In this document: piece by piece, positions 9,092 to 19,354 of the stretch
Layout of the letters: every line of letters starts with the position of its first letter
Numbering within the stretch: the stretch's first letter is position 1
From: Leptospiraceae bacterium
Lineage (GTDB): Bacteria; Spirochaetota; Leptospiria; Leptospirales; Leptospiraceae
Direction: 5' to 3'
Length of the DNA: 64,000 nucleotides
Assembly (NCBI GenBank): GCA_024233835.1
Contig: JACKPC010000001.1
Span: 1,285,442 to 1,349,441 of the forward strand
Program-made: the position numbers and the translations under genes
The notes under the pieces: generated by a model
What the model was told of the DNA's origin: nothing
What the model saw: only the letters and a program-made list of their open reading frames with translations
Databases searched by the model: none

Positions 9092-11476
9092 TTACTCTTT
9101 TTCTGAACGTATATATAAGAAAGAACCGAAAATTAAGAGTCCTCCTAAAATTAAAAAAGCGAATATTCGAACAATCGCATCCATTCTGGCCAGGTCGACA
9201 AAGAAAACTTTTAAAACTACTACTAAAAAGAGGGCAAGTCCTGTGTAGCGAAGAGCTTTTTCTTTTTTTTGAATTCCGTAGGTAATACAGGAAATGGCAT
9301 AGACCGACCACAAAACACTCACCGCACCTTTTTGCAAGCGAGGCATGAAATGTTCAAAAAACTGCCTTACTTCTAGAGATAAAAATTGGAATAAAAATAA
9401 AAGACCGATTACAGCAAAGTAGGATGGTCGTACTTTAGAATCTGAAGAAGTAAATCTTCGAAAGTTGAATATACTGAAAGCTATTACGAAAAAAGTAAAC
9501 CAGCGCAGGATAAATTCAAAGAAAGTATATTCACCCTTATACATTCCCATCCCCTCTCCGAACCAGACGGAAAAGAAAAGAACTGTAAAGCGAAATAATA
9601 CAAGAATAAGTAGTAGAATACCGATAGCGGAAAATAAAGGATTCTTTGTAGCTGTAAAATAGAAGTATATAAGGAAACCAAAAATACACCAGGTGGAAGT
9701 TATAAATAATTCTTTTACAGAAGAATTTATAAAGAAAGCATCGAACTCAGCGTTTAAGAATAAGAAAAAAGCAATGATTCCCATCCAGAATAGAATGGGT
9801 TTCCCCCTACCTTCCAGTTTTTTTAGAGTATGTAAATCATTTTTGTTATCAAAAATTGTTTCCCCGTATTGTTTGTGTTCAAGATACAAGCCAAGGAAAT
9901 AAGAAAGGATACTCGAACCGGTTCCGAGCATTCTGCCGATAAAACCCTGCCAGTAATTACCGGGTAGAGTATCAAAGCTTGCCGGAAGGTCGAGAAAAAA
10001 AGTGCGAAAGCCAAGGATTGTATAAGAAATATAAGATAAGGTAGAGAGAAAGGAGCTTCCAAGTTTTTTTCCAAGCCAGAGGAGAATAGCAGAAAACAGG
10101 GCCCAGGCAAAGGTTAAAGCTCTTTCTTCCAGGAATAAAGGCAGAGTTAAGCCGGTAAAAAAAACAGCCAGACCTAAGAGAGAAAGTGAAAGTGCTTTAT
10201 CTTCTATATTTTTCTTATAAAAGAAGTAGACATGAGCTATGTAGTATATTCCTAAAATATTACTGACAATAGAGGGATATTTACTTCCGTAGAGATGGTT
10301 AATATGGGAATAAGCGAGAATAAAAAATAGAAAGGCATTGCTGATAAGATGGATGATTTCCAGGGTAGTGCTTTTTTCTTTTTTTAGAATTTTGTAATAA
10401 TACGCAAGAGCAGAGTGTATTAGAAAAAAGATACACAAGAAAACCATATTTAAAATGAAATTTTCCTTTTGATTCTGATGGCTTCCTCCCGCATACAAAA
10501 GATAGGTAAAGAAAAATGCGAGGTAATTTAAAAGTCTCCAATTTTTAAAATGGGCGATACTCAAAATTCCAATGTTCAGAAGTAACATATACGTATAAAG
10601 AGTCGGAAGGTTGGCATTGCCGGTGCTTAAAAGGATGGGTGTAAAAAAGCCTCCGATAATTCCAAAAATCGCTACCAGCATAGAATTAGTATAGACCGAA
10701 ACTACCCCCGCTCCTACTGTAATCAATGCCATGAAGAGAAATTCCAGACCTACGGGAATCATTTGATAAAAGTGTCCGGCTGCATAGGTGCTAAAGTAAA
10801 AGGTCGCGATACCTCCACCCAATAGCCCTTGAGCTATCAGATGGTATTTTTTATTAATGAGCTTAATACCTCCTAAAAGCATCGCGGAAGCAGAAAGAAG
10901 ACCTATGAGTAGCCTTGCTGAGGGACCTATAAGGTTTCGTTCAATACTCCAATTCAAAACATAGACCAGGGCACTTACAATCGCAATGATTCCTATGCGT
11001 AAAAGCCAGGTGGTAGCTACTGCATATTCCACCGAACCTACCGGAACTTCTTCCTGTCCGTATAATATCCAACTTTTTATTTTAGATAAAGCTTTACTAC
11101 CGGTTTCCGGTTTCTCTTCCAAAATTTCCTGCTTAAAGAATACAGGTTCTCTTGAGACAGATTTTTCTATTACCTCAGGTTGTTTCTCTTCAAGTTTTTC
11201 TTCTTGAGGAGTAGCTTCAGCTTTTAAACTAACAAGCCCTGCAGGTGGTTTTGCTCTCACAGGTTCTTCTGAAGGAGGGCTGTATATTTTGGCTTCCGGA
11301 ACTTTTCTTGTTTCCGTTTTTTCTTCTTTTGGAATAGAGACTCCATTTTTTTTGAGCAGGGTTTCAATATCCCTTAATTGTTCCCTTTGTTTTCGTATTT
11401 CCTCTTTTAGTTGGCTTATCATAAAAAGAAGAATTACAAAAAAGATAAATAAAACTACAAAATATACAGCTTCCAT
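9092..11476 (-). CDS. Polytopic inner-membrane protein, DUF2339-like. It has one N-terminal TM helix, a coiled-coil segment and then about 20 TM helices.
   Basis: The hydrophobicity pattern is clear. The N-terminus reads MEAVYFVVLFIFFVILLFMISQLKEEIRKQREQLRDIETLLKK. Its ATG at 11476 abuts the stop of the upstream flotillin-like gene at 11477. Confidence 0.5.
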   Translation of the reverse strand: MEAVYFVVLFIFFVILLFMISQLKEEIRKQREQLRDIETLLKKNGVSIPKEEKTETRKVPEAKIYSPPSEEPVRAKPPAGLVSLKAEATPQEEKLEEKQPEVIEKSVSREPVFFKQEILEEKPETGSKALSKIKSWILYGQEEVPVGSVEYAVATTWLLRIGIIAIVSALVYVLNWSIERNLIGPSARLLIGLLSASAMLLGGIKLINKKYHLIAQGLLGGGIATFYFSTYAAGHFYQMIPVGLEFLFMALITVGAGVVSVYTNSMLVAIFGIIGGFFTPILLSTGNANLPTLYTYMLLLNIGILSIAHFKNWRLLNYLAFFFTYLLYAGGSHQNQKENFILNMVFLCIFFLIHSALAYYYKILKKEKSTTLEIIHLISNAFLFFILAYSHINHLYGSKYPSIVSNILGIYYIAHVYFFYKKNIEDKALSLSLLGLAVFFTGLTLPLFLEERALTFAWALFSAILLWLGKKLGSSFLSTLSYISYTILGFRTFFLDLPASFDTLPGNYWQGFIGRMLGTGSSILSYFLGLYLEHKQYGETIFDNKNDLHTLKKLEGRGKPILFWMGIIAFFLFLNAEFDAFFINSSVKELFITSTWCIFGFLIYFYFTATKNPLFSAIGILLLILVLFRFTVLFFSVWFGEGMGMYKGEYTFFEFILRWFTFFVIAFSIFNFRRFTSSDSKVRPSYFAVIGLLFLFQFLSLEVRQFFEHFMPRLQKGAVSVLWSVYAISCITYGIQKKEKALRYTGLALFLVVVLKVFFVDLARMDAIVRIFAFLILGGLLIFGSFLYIRSEKE

Positions 11477-13207
11477 CTACGCCTCGTCTTTTACTTTTAG
11501 AGCCTGTATATAGCTCAGGGTTTTTTGTATAAACGATGCCATATTATCAAAAAGAGGATCTGTTTTATCTGTTTGTAATACTCTAAATTCCTTGATTTCA
11601 GGCATGTTTTCTGCAATGCGGGGTAATTCTTTAATCAGTCTTAGGGTTAACTGTTCTGCATTCACTTTATTTCGGGCATCTTGTTTTAGGTTCTCTGCCC
11701 TGGCCATTAATTCTTCGTATTGATAATTAAGCTCATTTTCTTTGCGCTTGAATTCAAATTCTACATCTTTTGAGAGTTTTTCTTTTTCAAGGTTCAGGTT
11801 TAATTGCAGTAGTTCTAAGTCTTTCAGTAAATTTGTTTTGAATTTTTCAAAATCCAAGTTTTTTTCGTGTAGAATTTTTTCTCTTTCGAGTTTTTCTAAG
11901 TCTGCTTCTTGCCTAATTTTTTCGAGTCTGCGGTTTTCTTCTATGACAAAAAGCTCACGTTCTGTTTCTGCACGTTTTTCTTCCTGTTCTTTTACTTCTT
12001 GTTGTTTTAGTTCTTCAAGACTACGTTTTAGTTCAATTTCTTTTTCTCTACTTTTTAACCTGTTTTCCATTTCCTTTTTTGCGGTAATGGTTTCTTCTTC
12101 AAGCTTTAGTTTATGTTGTTCGTTTTTCTTTATGTCTTCATGCCGCTTGGAATCTTCCCTGAGACGGAGTTGTGTAGCTTCAGTTTCTTTTTCCTGCTTT
12201 GTTTTTTCAATTTCCAAATTTGTTTCGGCTGCTCTTGTTTCTTTTAACTGTCTTGTTTCCGCTTCTTTCTTATGAATTTCATTATCCATTTCTAATTGAC
12301 TGATGCGGGCTTTCTTTTTCTGTTCATTACGATAGGGGCTCTGCAAATCATTCCAGAGAGAGGCCGAACTAACAAGGGCTTCTCTGATTTGTACAGTTAT
12401 AATTTTTATTCCCAGACCTTCTTTTCCTTCGGCTACTCGGCTTAAACGAGAAGTTAATTCTTCAATCACAGGAGCTTTATCGGTTAGCACCTCTTCCACA
12501 CTCATCGTTGCAATTTTATCTTTAATTGCGGCCTCAGCCTGCTCGCGTAACTGTGCATTCACAATTCCTAATGGATCGTTAGAATTACTCAGGTCTAATT
12601 TTTTATAGGCTATAGAAAAATCATCAATTTGCCATTGCACATAGGCTAATATATTAATTCCCTGTTTTTCTTTGCTAATGCAGTTGGCCACTACACCTAT
12701 GGTTTGCATGGCAGCGGGGATAACTAAATAGGCATCGGTGCGAGGATTATAACGAAAGGAAATTCCAAGGCCGAGTGTAACGGGTTCTTTTCTATGAATT
12801 CGTGTATGAACCACATAGGCATTGGGAGGAACTATGACTCTTCTCCAAAACCATCTGCCTGTAATCCGAACTCGAATCGGTTCTTTTTCTAATTGTAATT
12901 CTTCGGATGATTTAATTCCTGAGTCAGGGAGATAGTTTTGTTTTCTGGGCATGGGTTTCCTCTCTTCACGTTTTTCTTCAATGTCATTTCTAAGTCTGAA
13001 ATCCGCAGCACCGCCGGGTGCGGGTGAATAAGCGATATTTTCGTTTACCGAAGCAGGCATATCCATCATAGCTTGCTGATAATATGGTTCTTCTGTAGCG
13101 GGCATTGGTTCCGGCATCGGTGCCTCGTCGTATTCCTCAAACGTATCTTCCATCGCTTTTGATTGCTGTTCGAGAAAGACTTCTTTTGCAGCTTTTCGTT
13201 TTTGCAT
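11477..13207 (-). CDS. SPFH / band-7 (flotillin-like) protein with an acidic, Pro-rich N-terminal extension and a C-terminal E/K-rich coiled coil of about 250 aa
   Basis: Band-7 core motifs: RVIVPPNAYVVHTRI..., QTIGVVANCISKEKQGINILAYVQWQIDD, ITVQIREAL. A long heptad-like EKxxEE region follows. Confidence 0.65.
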   Translation of the reverse strand: MQKRKAAKEVFLEQQSKAMEDTFEEYDEAPMPEPMPATEEPYYQQAMMDMPASVNENIAYSPAPGGAADFRLRNDIEEKREERKPMPRKQNYLPDSGIKSSEELQLEKEPIRVRITGRWFWRRVIVPPNAYVVHTRIHRKEPVTLGLGISFRYNPRTDAYLVIPAAMQTIGVVANCISKEKQGINILAYVQWQIDDFSIAYKKLDLSNSNDPLGIVNAQLREQAEAAIKDKIATMSVEEVLTDKAPVIEELTSRLSRVAEGKEGLGIKIITVQIREALVSSASLWNDLQSPYRNEQKKKARISQLEMDNEIHKKEAETRQLKETRAAETNLEIEKTKQEKETEATQLRLREDSKRHEDIKKNEQHKLKLEEETITAKKEMENRLKSREKEIELKRSLEELKQQEVKEQEEKRAETERELFVIEENRRLEKIRQEADLEKLEREKILHEKNLDFEKFKTNLLKDLELLQLNLNLEKEKLSKDVEFEFKRKENELNYQYEELMARAENLKQDARNKVNAEQLTLRLIKELPRIAENMPEIKEFRVLQTDKTDPLFDNMASFIQKTLSYIQALKVKDEA

Positions 13208-13372
13208 ATCAAACCCCTGTGTATTAATGAGTATGAGTATAACGGGAGGGAATTTTTATGTCAATAGGGAAATCAATATTTCGATTACTGTCAGGATAAA
13301 AAATAGTTCAAAATCTGATTTGGATTTTTAGGAACTTATATCAGGGTATGAAATATATTAGAAAATTTATTA

Positions 13373-14845
13373 TTACTTCTTTAAAAACCAGTCATTTTTT
13401 AATCTTTCCTTGTAAAGTCCTGAACGGAAATTGAAAGAGCAGTGTAAGCCATTCTCAGAGAAAAACTGAATATTTCCATAAAGTTGTTTCTTTACAAGAT
13501 TAAAGATTGTATTCATACCGAAAGAGGGAATATTAGAAAAATCAAAGTTATTCGGTACTCCTATTCCATCATCTCTAACTGTGACAAAAATAACTTCATT
13601 TTTCTTAATTAAGTCTATAAACAGAGTCCCGTTCCTGTCGGGGAAGGCATGTTTTAGCACATTCGTAAATAATTCATTTAATACCAGACTGAGTGGAGTA
13701 GCGATATCAATTAGTATATCAATATTTTCTATATTAGATTCAACTTTAATTTTATCCGATTGTACGTTATAGCTTTCAAATAAGTAATTTAACAATTCAT
13801 TTATATAATCCTTGACGTTTATTTTGGAAAGACTTTGAGATTGATACATTTTTTTTTGAATCAATGAAAATACATAAATTCGATTTTCTGCTTCTATGAG
13901 TTCATTTCTTGATTCTTCAGAATCTGAATACAAGCATTGTAAATGTAACAAAGAGCTAATAACTTGTAAGTTATTTCTGGTTCTATGATATAGTTCCTGT
14001 AGTAATAAAGATTTTTCGTGCAAAGCATTGTGAATGTTTCGTTCATTTAGTTTTTGCTCAGTAATGTCCTGGGCAAATCCAAGCATTCGGTAAAGTTTTC
14101 CACTTTCATCAAATTCTACCTCACCGAAACTTCTCAAGTATCGTATTTCTCCATCTGAACGAATGATTCGAAAAGTAACGGGAATTGTTTTTTTTTCAAC
14201 AAAAGCCTTATAGGAAAGTTCTTTAACTTTCTCTAAGTCTTCGGGGTGAATCATCTGAAAAATTTCTTCAATTTTTCCGCTAAATTCATCCTTTCTTAGA
14301 CCGTATAATTCTAACCACTCAGGAGAAACTGTATATAAATTATTCTGTGCATTATATTCCCAGGCACCCATACGGGTTAATTTTGCTGCATCATTTATTA
14401 AAAGTCTCATACGGCTCATTTCTAATTCTTGTTTTTTTCTCTCTGTTATATCTCGAAAGGTTCCAATGGCTTCAGGTCTTGAAGTGTATTTATTTTTTTT
14501 AAAAGAGGATATAACTTCTATCCATCTAACAGTTCCATCATTGTGTAGGACCTGAAGAACGTCTGTATATTCTAATTTTTTCTTATTATTTTGTAAATAC
14601 TCATGGTATTTTTTAAAACGGGATATAATCTTTTTTGAATATTTGATAGGAATAATATCTGAAAGAGAAAATTTTAAAAAATTTTCAGGACTATAACCTA
14701 AAATTTTTTCGATTGAGGGGCTAACAAATGAGAATACCTGTTTTTCGAGATCATAAGCCCAGATTACATCGGAAATGGTTTCTAATAAAAAATCATATTG
14801 CTGATAGTTATGAAAATTTTCTATGTTTTCCAAGTTATTATCCAT
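13373..14845 (-). CDS. PAS/PAC sensor histidine kinase, HisKA_2-type
   Basis: Two PAS-like segments are followed by the H-box ELYHRTRNNLQVISSLLHLQ and an HATPase_c region (LNELFTNVLKHAF...DDGIG). Confidence 0.75.
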   Translation of the reverse strand: MDNNLENIENFHNYQQYDFLLETISDVIWAYDLEKQVFSFVSPSIEKILGYSPENFLKFSLSDIIPIKYSKKIISRFKKYHEYLQNNKKKLEYTDVLQVLHNDGTVRWIEVISSFKKNKYTSRPEAIGTFRDITERKKQELEMSRMRLLINDAAKLTRMGAWEYNAQNNLYTVSPEWLELYGLRKDEFSGKIEEIFQMIHPEDLEKVKELSYKAFVEKKTIPVTFRIIRSDGEIRYLRSFGEVEFDESGKLYRMLGFAQDITEQKLNERNIHNALHEKSLLLQELYHRTRNNLQVISSLLHLQCLYSDSEESRNELIEAENRIYVFSLIQKKMYQSQSLSKINVKDYINELLNYLFESYNVQSDKIKVESNIENIDILIDIATPLSLVLNELFTNVLKHAFPDRNGTLFIDLIKKNEVIFVTVRDDGIGVPNNFDFSNIPSFGMNTIFNLVKKQLYGNIQFFSENGLHCSFNFRSGLYKERLKNDWFLKK

Positions 14846-14856
14846 CTGTTTGTGAA

Positions 14857-16299
14857 CTAATATTCCTTAAAACTTATGAATTTTTCCTGCATCATTTCCC
14901 TGATAGCATACCGTATACCCTCTTTACCAAAGCCACTATTCTTTATCCCACCGTATGGCATATGATCTACTCGAAATGTAGGAACATCATTGATATGAAT
15001 TCCAAATACTTTAATTGTTTTGATAACTTTCAATATATGGGAGAAATTATTAGAGAAAAAACCGCATTGCAGTCCGTAAGCAGAGCGATTAACTTTTTGA
15101 ATGGCTTCATCTAAACTATCATAAGTTTCAATTATCAGAATAGGTCCAAATGCTTCTTCGCAGTATATACGACAAGAATTTGGTACATTACTGAATACAG
15201 TGGCCTCCATTATGGTATTCGTTTTAAGTTTTCCTCCGATATGTAAATTGGCTCCCTTTTGAATACTTTCTTCCATCCAGTTTTGGATCCTCTCAGCTTC
15301 TTTTATTGAAATTAAAGATGAGATTTCGGTTTCTTCCTTAAGTGGATCTCCATAAACAAGTTTTTCTATCCTTCCACAGAGTAGATTTAAAAATTCCTCA
15401 AATCTTTTTCTCGGTAGATGCAACTTTTGAATCGAAATACAAACCTGTCCGGAATAAGCAAAAGCACCACTCACAATCTTCTCCATCAAACTCGGACTGA
15501 ATTCTATATTTTCATCCAGAATAAGGGAAGAGTCCGAACCCAATTCCAGGGTAAGTTTTTTAAAACCAGCTTTTTTCTGGATTTCCTTACCCACTCTCAA
15601 ACTTCCGGTAAATGAAATCTTTTGAATTAAATCAGATTCCACCAACTTTTTTCCGATAACATCTCCTCTTCCGGGTGCTAATTGGACTACTCCGGGAGGA
15701 AGACCGGCTTTCTTCAAAGCTTCTATCAAAGCAAGTGCAGATAAGCTTCCCTGTTCGGAAGGTTTTAAAATAATCGTATTACCGGCGGCAAGTGCCGGGC
15801 CGACTTTGTGAGCCACCAGGTTGAAAGGAAAATTAAAAGGTGTAATGGCACCAACAAGTCCGATAGGTTCCCGGATTGTAAAGCCCAGGCGTCCATTTCC
15901 ACCTTTCGCTGCATCCATGGGAATGGTTTCTCCCCGAATCTGTTTTGCTTCTTCTGCCGAAAAACGGTAAGTTTGAATACAACGATCTATTTCTCCTTTT
16001 GCATAACGTAAAGGCTTTGCTGTTTCGATACTAATTATTTCTGAAAAAAGTTCTTTTTTCTCTTCGAATATACGAGATAGCTTATATAATATTTCAGAAC
16101 GTTCAAAAGCGGGAAGATTTTTATAATCATCAAAGGCATCCTGTGCTACTTGAATTAGCTCGTCTGCTTCTTCGTCTTTTGTATCTGCTACTTTTGCAAT
16201 AATTTCTCCGGAATACGGGTTCGAGATAGGAAAGTAGGATTTGGCTTCTTGCCATAAGCCCTTAGAGAATATTGAAACTTTTTGAAGAGAGTTCTCCAT
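14857..16299 (-). CDS. NAD(P)-dependent aldehyde dehydrogenase family protein
   Basis: ALDH motifs: ITPFNFPFNL, LELGSDSS (ELGGKSP variant), catalytic-Cys region GQVCISIQK, EEAFGP. Confidence 0.85.
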   Translation of the reverse strand: MENSLQKVSIFSKGLWQEAKSYFPISNPYSGEIIAKVADTKDEEADELIQVAQDAFDDYKNLPAFERSEILYKLSRIFEEKKELFSEIISIETAKPLRYAKGEIDRCIQTYRFSAEEAKQIRGETIPMDAAKGGNGRLGFTIREPIGLVGAITPFNFPFNLVAHKVGPALAAGNTIILKPSEQGSLSALALIEALKKAGLPPGVVQLAPGRGDVIGKKLVESDLIQKISFTGSLRVGKEIQKKAGFKKLTLELGSDSSLILDENIEFSPSLMEKIVSGAFAYSGQVCISIQKLHLPRKRFEEFLNLLCGRIEKLVYGDPLKEETEISSLISIKEAERIQNWMEESIQKGANLHIGGKLKTNTIMEATVFSNVPNSCRIYCEEAFGPILIIETYDSLDEAIQKVNRSAYGLQCGFFSNNFSHILKVIKTIKVFGIHINDVPTFRVDHMPYGGIKNSGFGKEGIRYAIREMMQEKFISFKEY

Positions 16300-16300
16300 T

Positions 16301-17758
16301 TCAAGAAAATTCTGTTCGAAACTCTTTATCTAACTCCTCAAGGTATTCATCAAGTACTTCGATGGAGGGAATATTATATTTTAATAAAATATCTTTATCT
16401 ATAGCAAGATAATCGATCTTTTTCTCATAGTAATTAACAAGCATATTAGATAGATAAACAATTTCTACATAATCAGCGAAAGCCTCCTTTGAGGACACAT
16501 TTTTCTGATGATAGTAAATCATAGAAACCAATTCGGGAGGGAAATTCCACTTCTTCGCTAATTTAAAACCAATGTAGTCGTGTCCCATTCCGATACTGAC
16601 TTCTTCCACAAAACGAGAATTTGGAGAAGGTTTGGTCAATTCGTGGATTTTTGTTAATGCGTGTCCCTCTAATGAAATTAGAATTAATTTTCCCATGTCA
16701 TGTATTAAAGAGCCAATAAATAAGAGATCCAGGTTGGGAATTCCAACTTTGCGGCCAATTTCCTTTGAGATGAAAGCAGATCTCAGACCATGTTCATATT
16801 CTTTTTCCAGTTCCTGTCCTATCTCATGAGAGCAGGGAACGCTTATAAGGTTCCGAATAATCTTTCGTAGCTCTTGTTCATCATATGAGTTTATAATATC
16901 ATCCAGATTTCTAATAGAGCCCGGATCTTTTAAATAGCGAAAAGCTTCAATCATGAAGGATATATTTTTTTGAAGTCCTGCTTTGACTTGAGTCCGAAAT
17001 TCTACCGGATCTTGAGTTTCCAAAATAGACTGTAGAGAGTCCGGTAAACAGTAAATCTGTCCGAGACCGGTATAGATATATTCTAAGACTTTGTTGCTTA
17101 CTTCCTGCGGAATGATAACTTCCGGAATAGATAAAAATGTAGTCGTATGACCGTTTTCGGAGTGGATTTTTAAATTATCTTTCGAAAGATGAATACTTCT
17201 TAAGAATAGAATCATCATCACGATCCCGAGGCCCGCACTTTCCTGGTAGTCAGCCACTTCCCGGTAAGCAGTGATAATATCATCATATTTGTCTGAAGCG
17301 AGGATCCGGGAATGAATCCTATCTTTTTCGATTTCGATCAGTTCTGAATTGTTCGCTATTTGAAAATGAAGGCAATTATTTTTCCTGTGGATGATAAGTT
17401 TGATGTAAAAATCTGAATTTTCTAATAAAGGCTGAAAAGACTTCCACTCTTCAAGTACTACTTTCTTGAAAAGGGAAATTCCTTCTTCGTAATCTTCACG
17501 GGAATTTATATCCAGATTTTTCTGACCGAAAAAAACTCTTTTTGCATTGGCGCGGTTGGAATTAACGAGGATTTCTTTTAAAACCATGAATACTGCTTCG
17601 ATAAGGTAGGCTCTTTCCAGAGCTACCATAACATACTGAGTTAAACAGAATAAATCCTGATAGTCCAGATCGGTGATAAAGCTATAGATTAACTCTATTT
17701 TTTCACCAGAAAGAATTCTGTTACTTAAACTCTTCAGTTCAATCATTTTAGTTTTCAA
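16301..17758 (-). CDS. HDOD-domain signalling protein
   Basis: HD-like C-terminal region IGSLIHDMGKLIL...MGHDYIGFKLAKKWNFPPELVSMIYYHQ. Confidence 0.7.
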   Translation of the reverse strand: MKTKMIELKSLSNRILSGEKIELIYSFITDLDYQDLFCLTQYVMVALERAYLIEAVFMVLKEILVNSNRANAKRVFFGQKNLDINSREDYEEGISLFKKVVLEEWKSFQPLLENSDFYIKLIIHRKNNCLHFQIANNSELIEIEKDRIHSRILASDKYDDIITAYREVADYQESAGLGIVMMILFLRSIHLSKDNLKIHSENGHTTTFLSIPEVIIPQEVSNKVLEYIYTGLGQIYCLPDSLQSILETQDPVEFRTQVKAGLQKNISFMIEAFRYLKDPGSIRNLDDIINSYDEQELRKIIRNLISVPCSHEIGQELEKEYEHGLRSAFISKEIGRKVGIPNLDLLFIGSLIHDMGKLILISLEGHALTKIHELTKPSPNSRFVEEVSIGMGHDYIGFKLAKKWNFPPELVSMIYYHQKNVSSKEAFADYVEIVYLSNMLVNYYEKKIDYLAIDKDILLKYNIPSIEVLDEYLEELDKEFRTEFS

Positions 17759-17922
17759 AAAAACTTAACCCACTTAAAAATTCCCGTGTGCCTGTAACAC
17801 ATCTTTTTTTCCAGAAATCAGGAATCTATAATTTTTTATCAGTTCTATGATTATTTACTTTTATAATATATATTCCAAAAGAAAAGGATTTTTTTTTCGT
17901 AGGTTTCCATAAAATATCGGGA

Positions 17923-19272
17923 ATGGTAAAAGAAAAGCAATCAAAAAATAGTCTTTTACAGCATCCTATTTTAGAAATAAAAGTGGAAAATATTCTCCTT
18001 ATGAATAACCCTGAAATGGAAAGAATGGATCTTGAAAATTTTATACCTGAATCTTTAAACAGCATCATCAACGAAGAGTTGTATGTTCCTCATTACCAGC
18101 CTATAGTGAACGCTATCAATCGCAAAATACTGGGATATGAGGTATTGGGAAGGCTTTACTCGATAACCCATGATCAATTTCTTTCTTTAGGTCCTTATTT
18201 TCACGGAAAGCGTTTTAATCTTACCCAAAAAGTCCAGGTGGATAGGATTATTCGGGAAAAAGCCATTAAATACCTGAAGAATTCCGGCAATAATACCAAA
18301 CTCTTTTTTAATTTTATGCCTAATATTCTCTCCAGTGTGCACCAGGATGAGCTTTTAGACCCCGGACGTTTCCACCTGATTCAGCTTATTGAGAAGTATG
18401 AGATTGACAGGAAAAATATAGTAATTGAAATTACGGAAGATGAATTCGATGGAAAGACCGAAAGACTTCTGATGATGGTAAACATTTTCCGCAATTATGG
18501 TTTTAAAATTGCCATTGATGATATGGGAGCAGGGTTTTCTAATCTGGAAAGAATAGGTTATATACACCCGGATATCATCAAAGTAGACATAAGAATTATG
18601 CGAGAAAGCCTGAACCGAACTTCTTTTCGGCACGTTTTAGATGCTATTTCAGAAATGTCTTTAAAACTCGGGAGTGAGCTTTTATTTGAGGGAATAGAAA
18701 CCGAAAAAGAGTTAACCCTGGCCCTTTCCATGGGAGCAAACCTTCTTCAGGGTTTTTATTTTTCCAAGGCCATGTCGGAGTTTCAGAACACTTCCCTCTT
18801 TGCTGATGATTTAAGCATTATTTTGGAAAAATTTGGTGGAATACGTTTCCTGGAGCTCGTAGAGGATTATTCTACTCAACAGGATCTGGTGGATCACCTG
18901 AGTTCAGTTCTGGAATCTATTGAAATTTTAGAGACAGAAACCAGTCAGGTTCATGTATCCCGGGTAGAAAAAATTCTTCCGAGTTTACCATCCGGTATTC
19001 TTGAGGTTTTTCTGGTTGATATGCACGGCTACCAGTTATCTCCCAGTTATGTTCATAAAGAAGATAACTCCTGGGAAGAAGATTTTAAACATATTGGGAA
19101 TAATTACGCCTGGAAACCCTATTTCATGAGACATAAGGCCGAGGCATATTATTTTAAAAAGAAATGGGGGGTAACCAAGCCATTTTATGATATGGAACAT
19201 CAGCTCCAATATGTGATTTTCACGTTTAACTTAAATGCGAATTTAATTCTAATCGCAAAAGTTAAATGCTAA
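17923..19272 (+). CDS. EAL-domain c-di-GMP phosphodiesterase with an uncharacterised C-terminal region of about 160 aa
   Basis: EAL catalytic motifs are conserved: YQPIV, EVLGR, ITEDE, IAIDDMGAGFSNL, IKVD, EGIETE, LQGFYFSKA. Confidence 0.8.
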   Translation: MVKEKQSKNSLLQHPILEIKVENILLMNNPEMERMDLENFIPESLNSIINEELYVPHYQPIVNAINRKILGYEVLGRLYSITHDQFLSLGPYFHGKRFNLTQKVQVDRIIREKAIKYLKNSGNNTKLFFNFMPNILSSVHQDELLDPGRFHLIQLIEKYEIDRKNIVIEITEDEFDGKTERLLMMVNIFRNYGFKIAIDDMGAGFSNLERIGYIHPDIIKVDIRIMRESLNRTSFRHVLDAISEMSLKLGSELLFEGIETEKELTLALSMGANLLQGFYFSKAMSEFQNTSLFADDLSIILEKFGGIRFLELVEDYSTQQDLVDHLSSVLESIEILETETSQVHVSRVEKILPSLPSGILEVFLVDMHGYQLSPSYVHKEDNSWEEDFKHIGNNYAWKPYFMRHKAEAYYFKKKWGVTKPFYDMEHQLQYVIFTFNLNANLILIAKVKC

Positions 19273-19312
19273 GAAAAGCTTGTCACGATAAGCCAGTATA
19301 AAAGTCTAATAA

Positions 19313-19327
19313 TTAGAATGATTCTAA
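19313..19327. promoter_or_regulatory. Perfect 7-1-7 inverted repeat TTAGAAT-g-ATTCTAA about 30 nt upstream of the sufC start. It is a candidate Fur/PerR-family operator.
   Basis: The palindrome is seen directly. It has the same architecture as the PerR box TTATAATnATTATAA. Confidence 0.3.
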
Positions 19328-19354
19328 AAAATATAAGTTGTTCGGGAGGGAGTT

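Noticed and set aside
11742-12275. 177-aa S/F/L-rich ORF on the + strand
   Set aside because: It is antisense to the E/K-rich coiled-coil region of the flotillin-like gene. Its low-complexity translation is an artefact of the GAA/AAG-rich opposite strand.
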